Source of the DNA: Candidatus Iainarchaeum sp.
GTDB taxonomy: Archaea > Iainarchaeota > Iainarchaeia > Iainarchaeales > UBA10191
Reading direction: 5' to 3'
DNA: 23,421 nucleotides
Assembly: GCA_030649735.1 (NCBI GenBank)
Contig: JAUSFL010000030.1
Coordinates: forward strand, 1 to 23,421
Shown: positions 1 through 8,536 of the stretch, piece by piece
How positions within the stretch are numbered: position 1 is the first letter of the stretch
Layout of the letters: each line of letters starts with the position of its first letter
Made by a program: the position numbers and the translations under genes
The notes under the pieces: generated by a model
What the model saw: only the letters and a program-made list of their open reading frames with translations
Told to the model about the DNA's origin: nothing
Database searches by the model: none

Positions 1-44
1 TAAAAATGTGGGCAAAACCAGCATTCCGCAAAGCAAAAATTGCT

Positions 45-56
45 AAAGTTTAAATA
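45..56 (+). promoter_or_regulatory. Archaeal BRE/TATA promoter (AAAG-TTTAAATA) for the cohesin genes
   Basis: TTTAAATA at 49-56 preceded by purine-rich AAAG, about 22 nt upstream of ATG 79; this spacing fits a leaderless archaeal transcript. Confidence 0.55.
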
Positions 57-78
57 CTAAGTTTCTCTAAAAGCTAAC

Positions 79-660
79 ATGAAAAGAATTTTTATCGCAT
101 TATTTTTTCTTTTGGCCCTGCCTTTGGCAATGGCTGCATCAGACCAGCTAATTGCTCGCCCAAGCATCACAATTAACCCTGTTATTTCCGGAAATTACAT
201 TGAAGTTAATGTGTCAAATGCTATTGACTTGTATGGGGCGCAATTCAGCCTTGCATACAATCCGGAAATCATAAAAATTTCAAGCGTTGCAAAAGGCGGC
301 TTTTTGGAAAGCGACAAAAGCCAGGCTTTCTTTTTTGAAGGAAAACAAAGCTCCGGGCTTGTTGCAAACATTATTTACTTAAGGCTCGGAAAAGCCAATG
401 GAATTTCGGGCAGCGGAAAGCTTGCAGCAATAGGGTTCACTAAATTGAAAGACGGAGATCCGGGCATTAGAATTGAAAACATTATCTTGACAAACTCAAA
501 AAATGAAAAAATAAAGGCGCCAACTTCAGTTGAAATGACTCTTCCAAAAGAAAGCAATCCCCAATCAAGCCTGGCGTTAGTTGCTGTCATAATTATTATT
601 GTAGTTGTCGGCACAGCAGCCTATTTTTTGACTAAGAGAAAACCTAAAAACAAGAAATGA
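79..660 (+). CDS. Membrane-anchored cohesin-domain protein
   Basis: Signal peptide MKRIFIALFFLLALPLAMA; cohesin-like pattern (VNVSNAIDLYGAQFSLAYNPEII...GSGKLAAIGF); C-terminal TM helix followed by a Lys-rich tail. Confidence 0.75.
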   Translation: MKRIFIALFFLLALPLAMAASDQLIARPSITINPVISGNYIEVNVSNAIDLYGAQFSLAYNPEIIKISSVAKGGFLESDKSQAFFFEGKQSSGLVANIIYLRLGKANGISGSGKLAAIGFTKLKDGDPGIRIENIILTNSKNEKIKAPTSVEMTLPKESNPQSSLALVAVIIIIVVVGTAAYFLTKRKPKNKK

Positions 661-664
661 TATT

Positions 665-3600
665 ATGGGTTTGGAAAAAATTATTCCAGCCATTGCAATA
701 ATCTTATTCTTGGCGTCCGCCGCATTCATCATAAGCCAACAAAACATGAGCGGGCTTGCAACACTAAGCGCCCCAAAAGAGGCATTCTTTGCTGGAGAAT
801 CATTCAAGATAGATCCAACAGCCCAAACAGTTGCATTGAACAGCACAGTTTATGCCAAAGTAAAGGCGGAAAACATTGCAAACTTTGGGGGATTCCAATT
901 TTCTTTCACTTATGATTCTTCAAAACTGCAGTTCAATCTCGCAAACACAGAAATAAACTTTTACGATGCTTCAAACCCGTTAGGAACAAGCACCCAAATA
1001 TACTGCGTTGATGCGAGCAAGTGGAATTCAACAATAGTTTCGGGAAGCATCAAAAAAGTCTCAAACATAAGCTGCGCAAGGCTTGCGGCTGGAGCTGGAG
1101 GAACAGTAGGAATTGTCGCAACCATCAAATTCACTGCAATAGCGGTTGGAACAAACTCCCCTGTTTCAATCACAGACTTGATTGTTTCAGACATTGAATC
1201 CAACAGCATTGCAACGTCAGTAACTGGCGGAACAATTACAATCCAAAGCGCGCCGCCGGCAAACAACGCGCAATGCACCTCTTACAATTTTGGAAATGGG
1301 ACAAACATAGACAACATTACAATGGCAACCGGGGAAACAAGAACTGTAACAGTCACAGTGAAAAACACTGGAACAGCAGCTTGGACTTCAGCGCTTGCCT
1401 ACAAGCTTGGCTCGCAAGACCCTGCAGACAATACCCGCTGGAATCTAAGCCGTGTTTTATTGGGCAGTTCGGACTCAATAGCCACAAACGCAAGCAAAAC
1501 TTTCTCTTTCTCAATCAAGGCCCCGACAACAGCGGGCACTTACACTAGCAAGTGGAAAATGCTGAAAGAATCTGTCGAATGGTTTGGCGAAATTTGCGGG
1601 CCTTCAACAATAACCACAACCGCAACGCCGCTGGTGGAAAACTGCAGCACTAGCGCAGACGATGACGGGGACGGGCTGATTAATTGCACGGACTTTACAG
1701 ACTGCCCTGGCGGAAGCACTTGCGATACTGGAAAAAAATGCAATGCGCAAAAGAACTGCATTGCTCCAACAGCAGAAAACTGCACTAATTCAATAGATGA
1801 TGACGCCGACGGGCTGACAGACTGCGCAGATCCTGACTGCGCCTACAATTCAACACCGGCAACAAATGGAACTTGCTGCTTTAATGGAGTAAAACTGCTT
1901 TCAAACACAATTCCAACAGGAACTGTGGCTGACGATTATAACCGGTTTATTTGCTATAACGGCCAAATTTACGACCACGTTCACGGGCCAAATGATCCTT
2001 GGACAATCCACAAGCTAAAATGCAATGTTATCGGAGGATACTTTGCGTTTCCAAACTTCCCGAATGCCGAATGGCAGGGCGGATGGAAAACAGGGAATGG
2101 AGCTGGAGTACAATGCGGAATTCAAGACTGCGGCGAAGGCTATTGCACAGGAAATTCAAAAGTAACCTATCCTCCGACATGCAGTTTTACCTGCAATGCC
2201 GGAAACTGCCAAACAGTCTGCACATGCAGCGGCACGACAGTGGACTGCACAACTGCAAAGTACTGCGCTGGGGCTGGAGTCTGCAATACTTGCCCCGTAG
2301 GGCAGGCAAATTGTGACGAGATAGTCTTTGGAACAAACCAATGCGAGATAAGCATTAACACTGACGTAAACAATTGCGGAAGCTGTGGAACAAGATGCAC
2401 GGCAAGCCAATTCTGCAACAATGGGGCTTGCGCTCAAAACCCGACATGCACTACAGTCACGCAAGCAGCTGACTGCGATGACCACAACCCTTGCACCAAT
2501 GACACTTGCACTAATGGAACTTGCACAAACCCGCACACTTTCATAGCCGCAGGCACAGTATGCGCAGAGCAGCCCAATTGTGATGTGAATAGCCTTTGCA
2601 CTGGAAAAACCTGCAATGCAACAGGCCAATGCAATGTATTGGCAAATTGCACTATATGCCCGAACAGTCTTGGAGTTTGCGGCCAAAGCGCGTGCACTAA
2701 TGGAACTTGCACAAACCCAATACTTTCAGGAAGATTATGCACTGACAATAATTCGCTCACATTGAACGATTCCTGCAATTTACTGGGGCGTTGCATTGGA
2801 ATTCCAATCACCGGATGCGTTTCAAACTGGAGCTGCACTTCATGGAGTGCAAGCTGCATTGACAATTACAGGACAAGAACCTGCACTGACTCAAGCCATT
2901 GCGGAAGCGAAAGCGGGCCTGACGAAGCGCAATCTTGCGGAACTCAGCAAGGAGACTGCACTTCAAGCACAAATTGCGATTCAAACAGCTACTGCAGTTC
3001 TGGAAAATGCAATAGGCTTAATTGCAGCATTGCGCAAAGAATTGAAAGCCACCAGTGCGTTGACATTGCACATCCAGAATGCGACAGGAATGAAGACTGC
3101 CTTGAAGGCTTTAAATGCGAAAGCCAGAAATGCGCGAGAATCCAATGCCCTGCAGGGCAAGTTCTTTCTGGAAGAACTTGCATTCCAGAAACCCCGAACA
3201 ACCCGCCTCCAGCCTGCACTGGAATTACATGCAACAATGAATGCCACACTGAAGCCGGAGTGTGCTGCAACAACAACTGGAATTTGGGATTCACGTCATG
3301 CAGCCTGGCTGAAGTAAGCACTGCAGTGACTGCGGGGAACAAAAGCCAGGACCAGTCAGTAAAAAACCTGGCAGTACAGGCGCAAAGCGCAATGGATTCT
3401 GGAAAACTGCAAAAGGCAAAAGCCTATGCCTTGGCAACAATTGCTTTTGCGGCAGCTGTTGAAAAAAACGCTTTCAAGCAGGAACAGAATGAAATAATCG
3501 GCCTTTTGGAAAAGCAAGACTTTGTTGGATCTTCAAAAAAATCAATAGAATTGACAAAAAAAGCGCAGGCATTAACCCTGCAGGACAATGGCTTGAAAAT

Positions 3601-3781
3601 TCCGGCAGAAATAATTTTCCTGGTGATTTTAGGAATCGCGCTTTTAGGGTTTGCAATATTCTTCATCACAAGAAAAAGCCAGCCGCAAGAGCCTGACAAT
3701 GATTTGGAAGAGCCTGAAAAGAAGACAGAAAAAGACGTTGAAAAAATAATGAAAGAATTGAAGAAAAAGTTAAAAGACTGA
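665..3781 (+). CDS. Large Cys-rich cell-surface protein (cohesin + NBR1-Ig-like + Ca-binding/Cys-rich repeats + C-terminal TM)
   Basis: N-terminal hydrophobic signal; cohesin pattern (NFGGFQFSFTYDSSKL); NBR1-Ig-like segment (VKNTGTAAW...APTTAGTY...W.ML.E...WFGE); two CxxxxDDDxDGLxxCxD motifs; TDVNNCGSCG; CDDHNPCTNDTC; WSCTSWS...RTRTC; TM helix near the C-terminus. Confidence 0.8.
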   Translation: MGLEKIIPAIAIILFLASAAFIISQQNMSGLATLSAPKEAFFAGESFKIDPTAQTVALNSTVYAKVKAENIANFGGFQFSFTYDSSKLQFNLANTEINFYDASNPLGTSTQIYCVDASKWNSTIVSGSIKKVSNISCARLAAGAGGTVGIVATIKFTAIAVGTNSPVSITDLIVSDIESNSIATSVTGGTITIQSAPPANNAQCTSYNFGNGTNIDNITMATGETRTVTVTVKNTGTAAWTSALAYKLGSQDPADNTRWNLSRVLLGSSDSIATNASKTFSFSIKAPTTAGTYTSKWKMLKESVEWFGEICGPSTITTTATPLVENCSTSADDDGDGLINCTDFTDCPGGSTCDTGKKCNAQKNCIAPTAENCTNSIDDDADGLTDCADPDCAYNSTPATNGTCCFNGVKLLSNTIPTGTVADDYNRFICYNGQIYDHVHGPNDPWTIHKLKCNVIGGYFAFPNFPNAEWQGGWKTGNGAGVQCGIQDCGEGYCTGNSKVTYPPTCSFTCNAGNCQTVCTCSGTTVDCTTAKYCAGAGVCNTCPVGQANCDEIVFGTNQCEISINTDVNNCGSCGTRCTASQFCNNGACAQNPTCTTVTQAADCDDHNPCTNDTCTNGTCTNPHTFIAAGTVCAEQPNCDVNSLCTGKTCNATGQCNVLANCTICPNSLGVCGQSACTNGTCTNPILSGRLCTDNNSLTLNDSCNLLGRCIGIPITGCVSNWSCTSWSASCIDNYRTRTCTDSSHCGSESGPDEAQSCGTQQGDCTSSTNCDSNSYCSSGKCNRLNCSIAQRIESHQCVDIAHPECDRNEDCLEGFKCESQKCARIQCPAGQVLSGRTCIPETPNNPPPACTGITCNNECHTEAGVCCNNNWNLGFTSCSLAEVSTAVTAGNKSQDQSVKNLAVQAQSAMDSGKLQKAKAYALATIAFAAAVEKNAFKQEQNEIIGLLEKQDFVGSSKKSIELTKKAQALTLQDNGLKIPAEIIFLVILGIALLGFAIFFITRKSQPQEPDNDLEEPEKKTEKDVEKIMKELKKKLKD
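2507..2718 (+). repeat. Exact 26-bp direct repeat TGCACTAATGGAACTTGCACAAACCC (2507-2532 and 2693-2718)
   Basis: Both copies read directly from the sequence; each encodes CTNGTCTNP. Confidence 0.9.
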
Positions 3782-3792
3782 AACAGCGCAAA

Positions 3793-4479
3793 TTAAATCT
3801 TGAATTTTTGGCCTGGCTCAAGGATTACCGGGATTGTTTTCAAATTGCTTTTTTCTATCCTTGCCTTGAATTCTTGAGGGTCTGCCTTGATGTGCTCGAA
3901 AGTGTTATAGTGCATTGGAATCGCAAACTTTGGCTTCATGCACTTTATTGCCTTGACCGCGTCAACCAAGTCCATTGTGTAAGAGCCGCCAATTGGAAGC
4001 AAAACAACGTCTGCCCTGATTTTCTCGTGCTCTTCCATCAAGTCAGTGTCGCCTGCATGGAATATTTTCACTCCATTCAATTCAATCAAGAAACTCAATG
4101 GATAAAATGACTGTGGGTGATGCGCCGGAACTGCCTTTATGCTCACGTCCCGCACATTAAGCTTTGAGTCAGTCGCTATTGAAACAGTCTGCCTTTTTGG
4201 AATCTTCAATTCATTCAGCAATGAATCGTGCGCCACAACCAAAGTGTCCTGCTTTGCCGCAATGCTTTCAATGAATTTCTTGTCAAAATGGTCGAAATGC
4301 TCGTGGCTTACAAGAATCAATGAAACATCCTTGAAGTCTTTCTCTGTCAAGGGGCATTTGACCAGTGATTTCAGTTCAGGGCTTGGCGCATTGCAGTTAA
4401 AAAAAGGGTCGATTAGAATGTTTTTGCCCTTGCTTTCAATTTTAAAGAAAGAATGGCCTAAATATTGCAGTTCTATCAT
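3793..4479 (-). CDS. Metal-dependent hydrolase, metallo-beta-lactamase fold (UPF0173-like)
   Basis: YLGHSFF, LIDPF, SHEHFDH (HxHxDH), HAGDT, LPIGG, IPMHY motifs. Confidence 0.9.
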   Translation of the reverse strand: MIELQYLGHSFFKIESKGKNILIDPFFNCNAPSPELKSLVKCPLTEKDFKDVSLILVSHEHFDHFDKKFIESIAAKQDTLVVAHDSLLNELKIPKRQTVSIATDSKLNVRDVSIKAVPAHHPQSFYPLSFLIELNGVKIFHAGDTDLMEEHEKIRADVVLLPIGGSYTMDLVDAVKAIKCMKPKFAIPMHYNTFEHIKADPQEFKARIEKSNLKTIPVILEPGQKFKI

Positions 4480-4593
4480 CCAGCTCTCAGACTAACTAAT
4501 GCTCAAAAGTCTTTATAAAACGAGCTTTTTGAAAGCATTTGGAAAGAAAGTATAAAAAAGGAATTACTGACTCAGTATAATAAAGGCGGTTTT

Positions 4594-5388
4594 TTGAAGA
4601 AAGCAATCCTGATTTTTGCAATGCTGTTGTTTTGCGCAAGCTTTTCAATAGGATACCAAATAACAAAAAAGGAATTGACAGTGCATGTCAATGAAAATGG
4701 GGCTGGCTTGTTTAATGAAAAATACTTCCTAAAATTCTCGGACAAGCAGGATTCAAGCTCATTTGACCTTGCCTGGAAGGATAACGGCAACCAATGGAGC
4801 AAATGGGCGGCATTTAATCCAGAAATTGCCCCCCATTTTGGAAACATAGAAACCAATTACCTCACCGGGGTAAACTACGACAATAAGAACAAAATCCTGG
4901 AATTCAATTATACAATAGACAGCCCTGTCTCAAAAGTGTCAAGCGAGGACTCAAGGGCCATACTTTGGATTGCTAACAATTCAATACTGTTCCAAAACCT
5001 CGGCTATGGAACAGTCATAGCAATTCCTGAAAAAACAACCCTTACAATAATCCTTCCGGCAAACGCAGAGTTGAAAACAAAAGACCTGCCGCCGGCAATC
5101 CAAACAGCAAAAAACATCCTTACCTTGACAAAGAGCACTAATTCTTCAAACTTCACAATCCAATACACAATTCCGAAGCCAATAGCGCAAATAACAGTGT
5201 TTTCGGAATTTTTTGACTGGCTGAAATTAACCGGGCTGATTTATGCAATAATTGCAATGCTCATAGCGCTCGGGATTGTTGGAATCGTAAAGCGCAAGGA
5301 AATTGTCGACAAGATAGAAAACTACATTGTCAGCCATTCTGAGATTTCCCGAAAGGAAGAATTTGAAGAAATAGACATTGAAGATTAA
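4594..5388 (+). CDS. Hypothetical exported protein with C-terminal membrane anchor
   Basis: TTG start; signal peptide, beta-rich ectodomain, TM helix near the C-terminus and an acidic tail. Confidence 0.7.
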   Translation: MKKAILIFAMLLFCASFSIGYQITKKELTVHVNENGAGLFNEKYFLKFSDKQDSSSFDLAWKDNGNQWSKWAAFNPEIAPHFGNIETNYLTGVNYDNKNKILEFNYTIDSPVSKVSSEDSRAILWIANNSILFQNLGYGTVIAIPEKTTLTIILPANAELKTKDLPPAIQTAKNILTLTKSTNSSNFTIQYTIPKPIAQITVFSEFFDWLKLTGLIYAIIAMLIALGIVGIVKRKEIVDKIENYIVSHSEISRKEEFEEIDIED

Positions 5389-5412
5389 AGCCGCTGGTTT
5401 TTGGGGATTTTT

Positions 5413-5919
5413 TTGGCAGACAAGGGAAAAATAGGCTTCGAATTATTGCTCGCGCTTGCGGTCATTGCAAGGCCTTTGATTAAATGGATTTTTCCAGGGC
5501 TTGCTTCAATAGAGCCAATAATTCCTTTGGCGATTTTAGGATGCATTCTTTACGGGCCGCAAAAAGGCTCAATCATCGGGGCCGGAGGCTACATTGGCTC
5601 CAACTTATTGCTTGCAAGCCTTGGGCCTTGGACAATTCCCCAGGCAATTGCCGGATTGATTGCGGGATTTTTGCCTTCAATGGTAAAAAGGAAAGGAAAC
5701 TCCAGCACTGACTTTGTATGGCTTTGCGTTTTGGGAACAATAATTTTCGAGTTTTTAATGAATTTTTGGGGCGGCGGCTTTGAGGCAGGATACTTTGCAA
5801 ATTCAATAACTTTCGGCTTCACGCACATTATAGGAAATGTTGTGTTTGCAGTGCTGCTTTCAGGATCTTTGCCGGCAGCTTCAGAAAAAAAAAGCGAGAA
5901 AAAAGAAGAAAAGAAATGA
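5413..5919 (+). CDS. ECF-type transporter substrate-binding (S) component
   Basis: About 6 TM helices; SIEPIIPLAILGCILYGPQKG..IG and GPWTIPQ resemble ECF S components (CbrT-like). Start placed at TTG 5413 after GGGGA; TTG 5401 is the alternative. Confidence 0.7.
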   Translation: MADKGKIGFELLLALAVIARPLIKWIFPGLASIEPIIPLAILGCILYGPQKGSIIGAGGYIGSNLLLASLGPWTIPQAIAGLIAGFLPSMVKRKGNSSTDFVWLCVLGTIIFEFLMNFWGGGFEAGYFANSITFGFTHIIGNVVFAVLLSGSLPAASEKKSEKKEEKK

Positions 5920-5921
5920 AC

Positions 5922-6326
5922 TTATTTTCTTTTATTGCCTGAAGCCCTGTCAAGCTTTGACTGTATTGAAGAGCCCCTTAAAAGCATTTTTCCGACACTT
6001 CCTTTGCCGTGCGTTTGCTCAATGTGATTCTCAAAAATGTTTGCCGAATTCCTCAAGCTGTCAAGGCTTTTCTGCAAGCCCCAGCCAAACTCCCTCTGGC
6101 AATGGCGCGCGAATGGAAGGAAAGTTTCGTCAGACTGAAGGCAATGGAACGCTGTTTCAGGGCTTGGCAGGCTTTCGCCCTTTGGAGTAATTCCAAAATG
6201 ATATTCAAACTTCTTTTTTGCATTTGCCCTTTCCAATGCTTTTTTCTCGCGGATTTCTTTAAGCCGCGTTAGCTTTCTTGCCCGCAAAGGGCTCCATTTT
6301 TTTGGAATTATTCTCGGAAGCCTCAT
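5922..6326 (-). CDS. Basic hypothetical protein (MRLPRIIPKKW...)
   Basis: Fills the gap between the two S-component genes; ATG 6326 avoids overlap with the upstream gene; Lys/Arg-rich N-terminus; no family recognised. Confidence 0.55.
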   Translation of the reverse strand: MRLPRIIPKKWSPLRARKLTRLKEIREKKALERANAKKKFEYHFGITPKGESLPSPETAFHCLQSDETFLPFARHCQREFGWGLQKSLDSLRNSANIFENHIEQTHGKGSVGKMLLRGSSIQSKLDRASGNKRK

Positions 6327-6351
6327 GTTTTCATTAAGGCATTTTGGTTTA

Positions 6352-6861
6352 TTAAATCTTTTCATTTTTTTCAAGGGTTTTTGAAAGCAATAATGCAATC
6401 ACTATTGCCGCAATGATGTGCAAGGCGCTTGCAAGGGCAGTTCCTTCAAGGTAATAATATCCTGAAAGCCTGCTGAATGAAGTCCCGTTAAGGAAATTGT
6501 TCAATGCCTCAAACGCGATTGCCGCAACAACGCACAGGCTCACAAATTCCGACACTGAAGGATTCCTGCTCTTTCCGGCAAGGCCGCCTAAAGAGCCCGC
6601 AATTATGCCCGCGGCAGCCTGCAGGAAGAAAAGATTGCCTGAAAAATTCAAAGAGCCAATAAAGAGCGTTGAAAAAAATGCTGAAATGACCCCAACAGCG
6701 CTTCCGCGCAAGCCGCCGTAAAGAATCCCGGCCAATACCGCGATTGGAAGGATTGGCTGGATTGAAGCCAAAAAAGGAAATTGCTTGAAAATAACGTCAA
6801 GCACCACGGCCAATGCAACAAACTCAAGAAAGCCCCAGTCATCGCCTTTTTTTTCAGCCAT
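6352..6861 (-). CDS. ECF-type transporter S component, second paralogue
   Basis: ASIQPILPIAVLAGILYGGLRG aligns with ASIEPIIPLAILGCILYGPQKG of 5413-5919; ATG 6861 directly follows the stop of the upstream ORF. Confidence 0.7.
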   Translation of the reverse strand: MAEKKGDDWGFLEFVALAVVLDVIFKQFPFLASIQPILPIAVLAGILYGGLRGSAVGVISAFFSTLFIGSLNFSGNLFFLQAAAGIIAGSLGGLAGKSRNPSVSEFVSLCVVAAIAFEALNNFLNGTSFSRLSGYYYLEGTALASALHIIAAIVIALLLSKTLEKNEKI

Positions 6862-6862
6862 T

Positions 6863-7171
6863 TCAAAACACCCATGCAAGAGTTATCAAGCCTAAGGCAA
6901 TCCAGAAAAATCCAGAGCCCCTTTCAGAATTTTTTGGGAAATAATGGAAAACCAGCAGTACAACCAGCAGTTCAAAAGGCCATAAAAGAAACAAGGCAGT
7001 GAGGCTTTTTGACAAAATCAGGAAAGCCACAAAAAGCGCCAAGAATGCGAGTGGAAGAGGGTATTTTATGTAAGGGATCAGGAGAAGTATAAAGTATAAG
7101 TTGACCAAAAATATGAAAGGGTTCATTCCCAAAGCGTTAGTGAAACTGCCGAATAATGCAAGCAAGTCCAT
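6863..7171 (-). CDS. Small integral membrane protein
   Basis: 102 aa, almost entirely hydrophobic; own TATA upstream; abuts the S-component gene. Confidence 0.65.
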   Translation of the reverse strand: MDLLALFGSFTNALGMNPFIFLVNLYFILLLIPYIKYPLPLAFLALFVAFLILSKSLTALFLLWPFELLVVLLVFHYFPKNSERGSGFFWIALGLITLAWVF

Positions 7172-7192
7172 GATAAACTTGTTTTGGAAGCA

Positions 7193-7205
7193 ATATAAAA
7201 GCTTT
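7193..7205 (-). promoter_or_regulatory. BRE/TATA (AAAGC-TTTTATAT on the minus strand)
   Basis: TATA about 22 nt upstream of ATG 7171. Confidence 0.55.
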
Positions 7206-7227
7206 AGCCTTTATTAACCGTAAACAG

Positions 7228-7644
7228 TTACTTTTTCCATTTTTTTGCTTTCTTCACTTTTCCCTGCAAAACCGCAGAAAATGGAATTTTTAAAATCTTC
7301 AGGACATTCTGGATGCTGTAATCGTCAGTGATGACTTCAAAGTCTCTTTTTAATTCCTTGAATTCTGCGGCCAGCGAAAGCAATGAAATGTCCGCCTTGC
7401 TTAAGCGCTTGTCGCCGAGCTTTTCCAGAAAATCCAGAATCAACTGCACGCTTGAAGGACAGGCGTCACGGATTTCAAGAATCCCCAAATTCAGCGCATT
7501 CTCTGCAAGAAGCCTGAACTCCATGCTCTTCAATTCTGCAAAGCAGTCTGAAGTGATAATGTACTTGTTTTTTTCATCAAGCCGCAAGCCATTTATTATT
7601 GCGGAAGAGTCAAGCAAAAGCATTAAGGATTTATTAGCAAGCAT
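7228..7644 (-). CDS. nob1: Nob1-family PIN-domain endonuclease (no Zn ribbon)
   Basis: LLDSSAII, ELKS, LSKADISLLSLA, TDDYSIQNV PIN motifs; start moved to ATG 7644 (7623 is possible) to avoid overlap with taw2. Confidence 0.8.
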   Translation of the reverse strand: MLANKSLMLLLDSSAIINGLRLDEKNKYIITSDCFAELKSMEFRLLAENALNLGILEIRDACPSSVQLILDFLEKLGDKRLSKADISLLSLAAEFKELKRDFEVITDDYSIQNVLKILKIPFSAVLQGKVKKAKKWKK

Positions 7645-7687
7645 GAAATAAGTTAATGAAAACCCTGATTTATTAAGGTAAGCGAAA

Positions 7688-8530
7688 ATGGCATTCAAGG
7701 AACTACTGCAAAAAGAGCTTTCCGGCAAAATCCCTAAAGAAAGACTGGAACTATTGCCTTCAGGCTACCAACAGATTGAAAACATAACAATCATCAAGCT
7801 AAAGCCGGAACTGCAGAAATTCAAGAAAGAAATCGCGAAAAAAATCATGGAAATATTCCCTTACGTGAAGACAGTAATGCAAATCAAGCAAATCAATGGA
7901 AAATTCAGGCAGCCAAAGATTGAATTCCTTTTAGGGGCAAAAAACTTTCTAGTAAACTACAGGGAAAACAACTGCATTTTCCAGTTTGACGTTAGGAAAA
8001 TAATGTGGAGCAAAGGCAACCGCTCTGAACGCGAGCGCATAGCAAAGCTCCCCGCAGAAGGAGAAATCATAATGGATTTTTTTGCTGGAATCGGCTACTG
8101 GACTGTGCCAATTTTGAAAGCGGGCAAAGCAAAGAAAGTCATTGCGTTCGAGCACAATCCGGAAGCAGTCAAATGGCTGAAAAAGAACTTGGAGCTTAAC
8201 AAAATCAAGCCTGAAAAGTATGAAATTATTCCTGGAGAAACTGAAAAAGAAACAATGAAGTTTCCAAAAGCAAGCGCTGACAGGATTTTAATGGGCTTGA
8301 TTCCCGCACCAAAGTTTGCCCTCGGAGCGGCTTTACACTGCATTAAAAATAATGGAATAATACACTATGAAGGAACTGCAGTTGAAGGAAAGCCTGAAGA
8401 GCTCTTCAAGGACGTGCAGGAAGCCTGCGAAAAGGCAAAATGCAAGGCAGATCTTTTGAACGCGCAAATTGTGAAAGATTACGCGCCAAAAATAGTGCAT
8501 TACACGCTGGACATTAAAATTTTGAAGTGA
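7688..8530 (+). CDS. taw2: tRNA(Phe) wyosine aminocarboxypropyltransferase Taw2/TYW2 (Trm5/TYW2 SAM-dependent family)
   Basis: ENNCIFQFD..KIMWSKGN..ER.R, DFFAGIGYW, EHNP, ADRILMG (not the NLP of Trm5), GIIHY; adjacent to taw3. Confidence 0.75.
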   Translation: MAFKELLQKELSGKIPKERLELLPSGYQQIENITIIKLKPELQKFKKEIAKKIMEIFPYVKTVMQIKQINGKFRQPKIEFLLGAKNFLVNYRENNCIFQFDVRKIMWSKGNRSERERIAKLPAEGEIIMDFFAGIGYWTVPILKAGKAKKVIAFEHNPEAVKWLKKNLELNKIKPEKYEIIPGETEKETMKFPKASADRILMGLIPAPKFALGAALHCIKNNGIIHYEGTAVEGKPEELFKDVQEACEKAKCKADLLNAQIVKDYAPKIVHYTLDIKILK

Positions 8531-8536
8531 AAAAAA

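Noticed and set aside
961-3699. Numerous antisense and alternate-frame ORFs over the large surface gene
   Set aside because: Shadows of TGC/ACA/GCA-rich, stop-poor coding sequence; no motifs or expression signals
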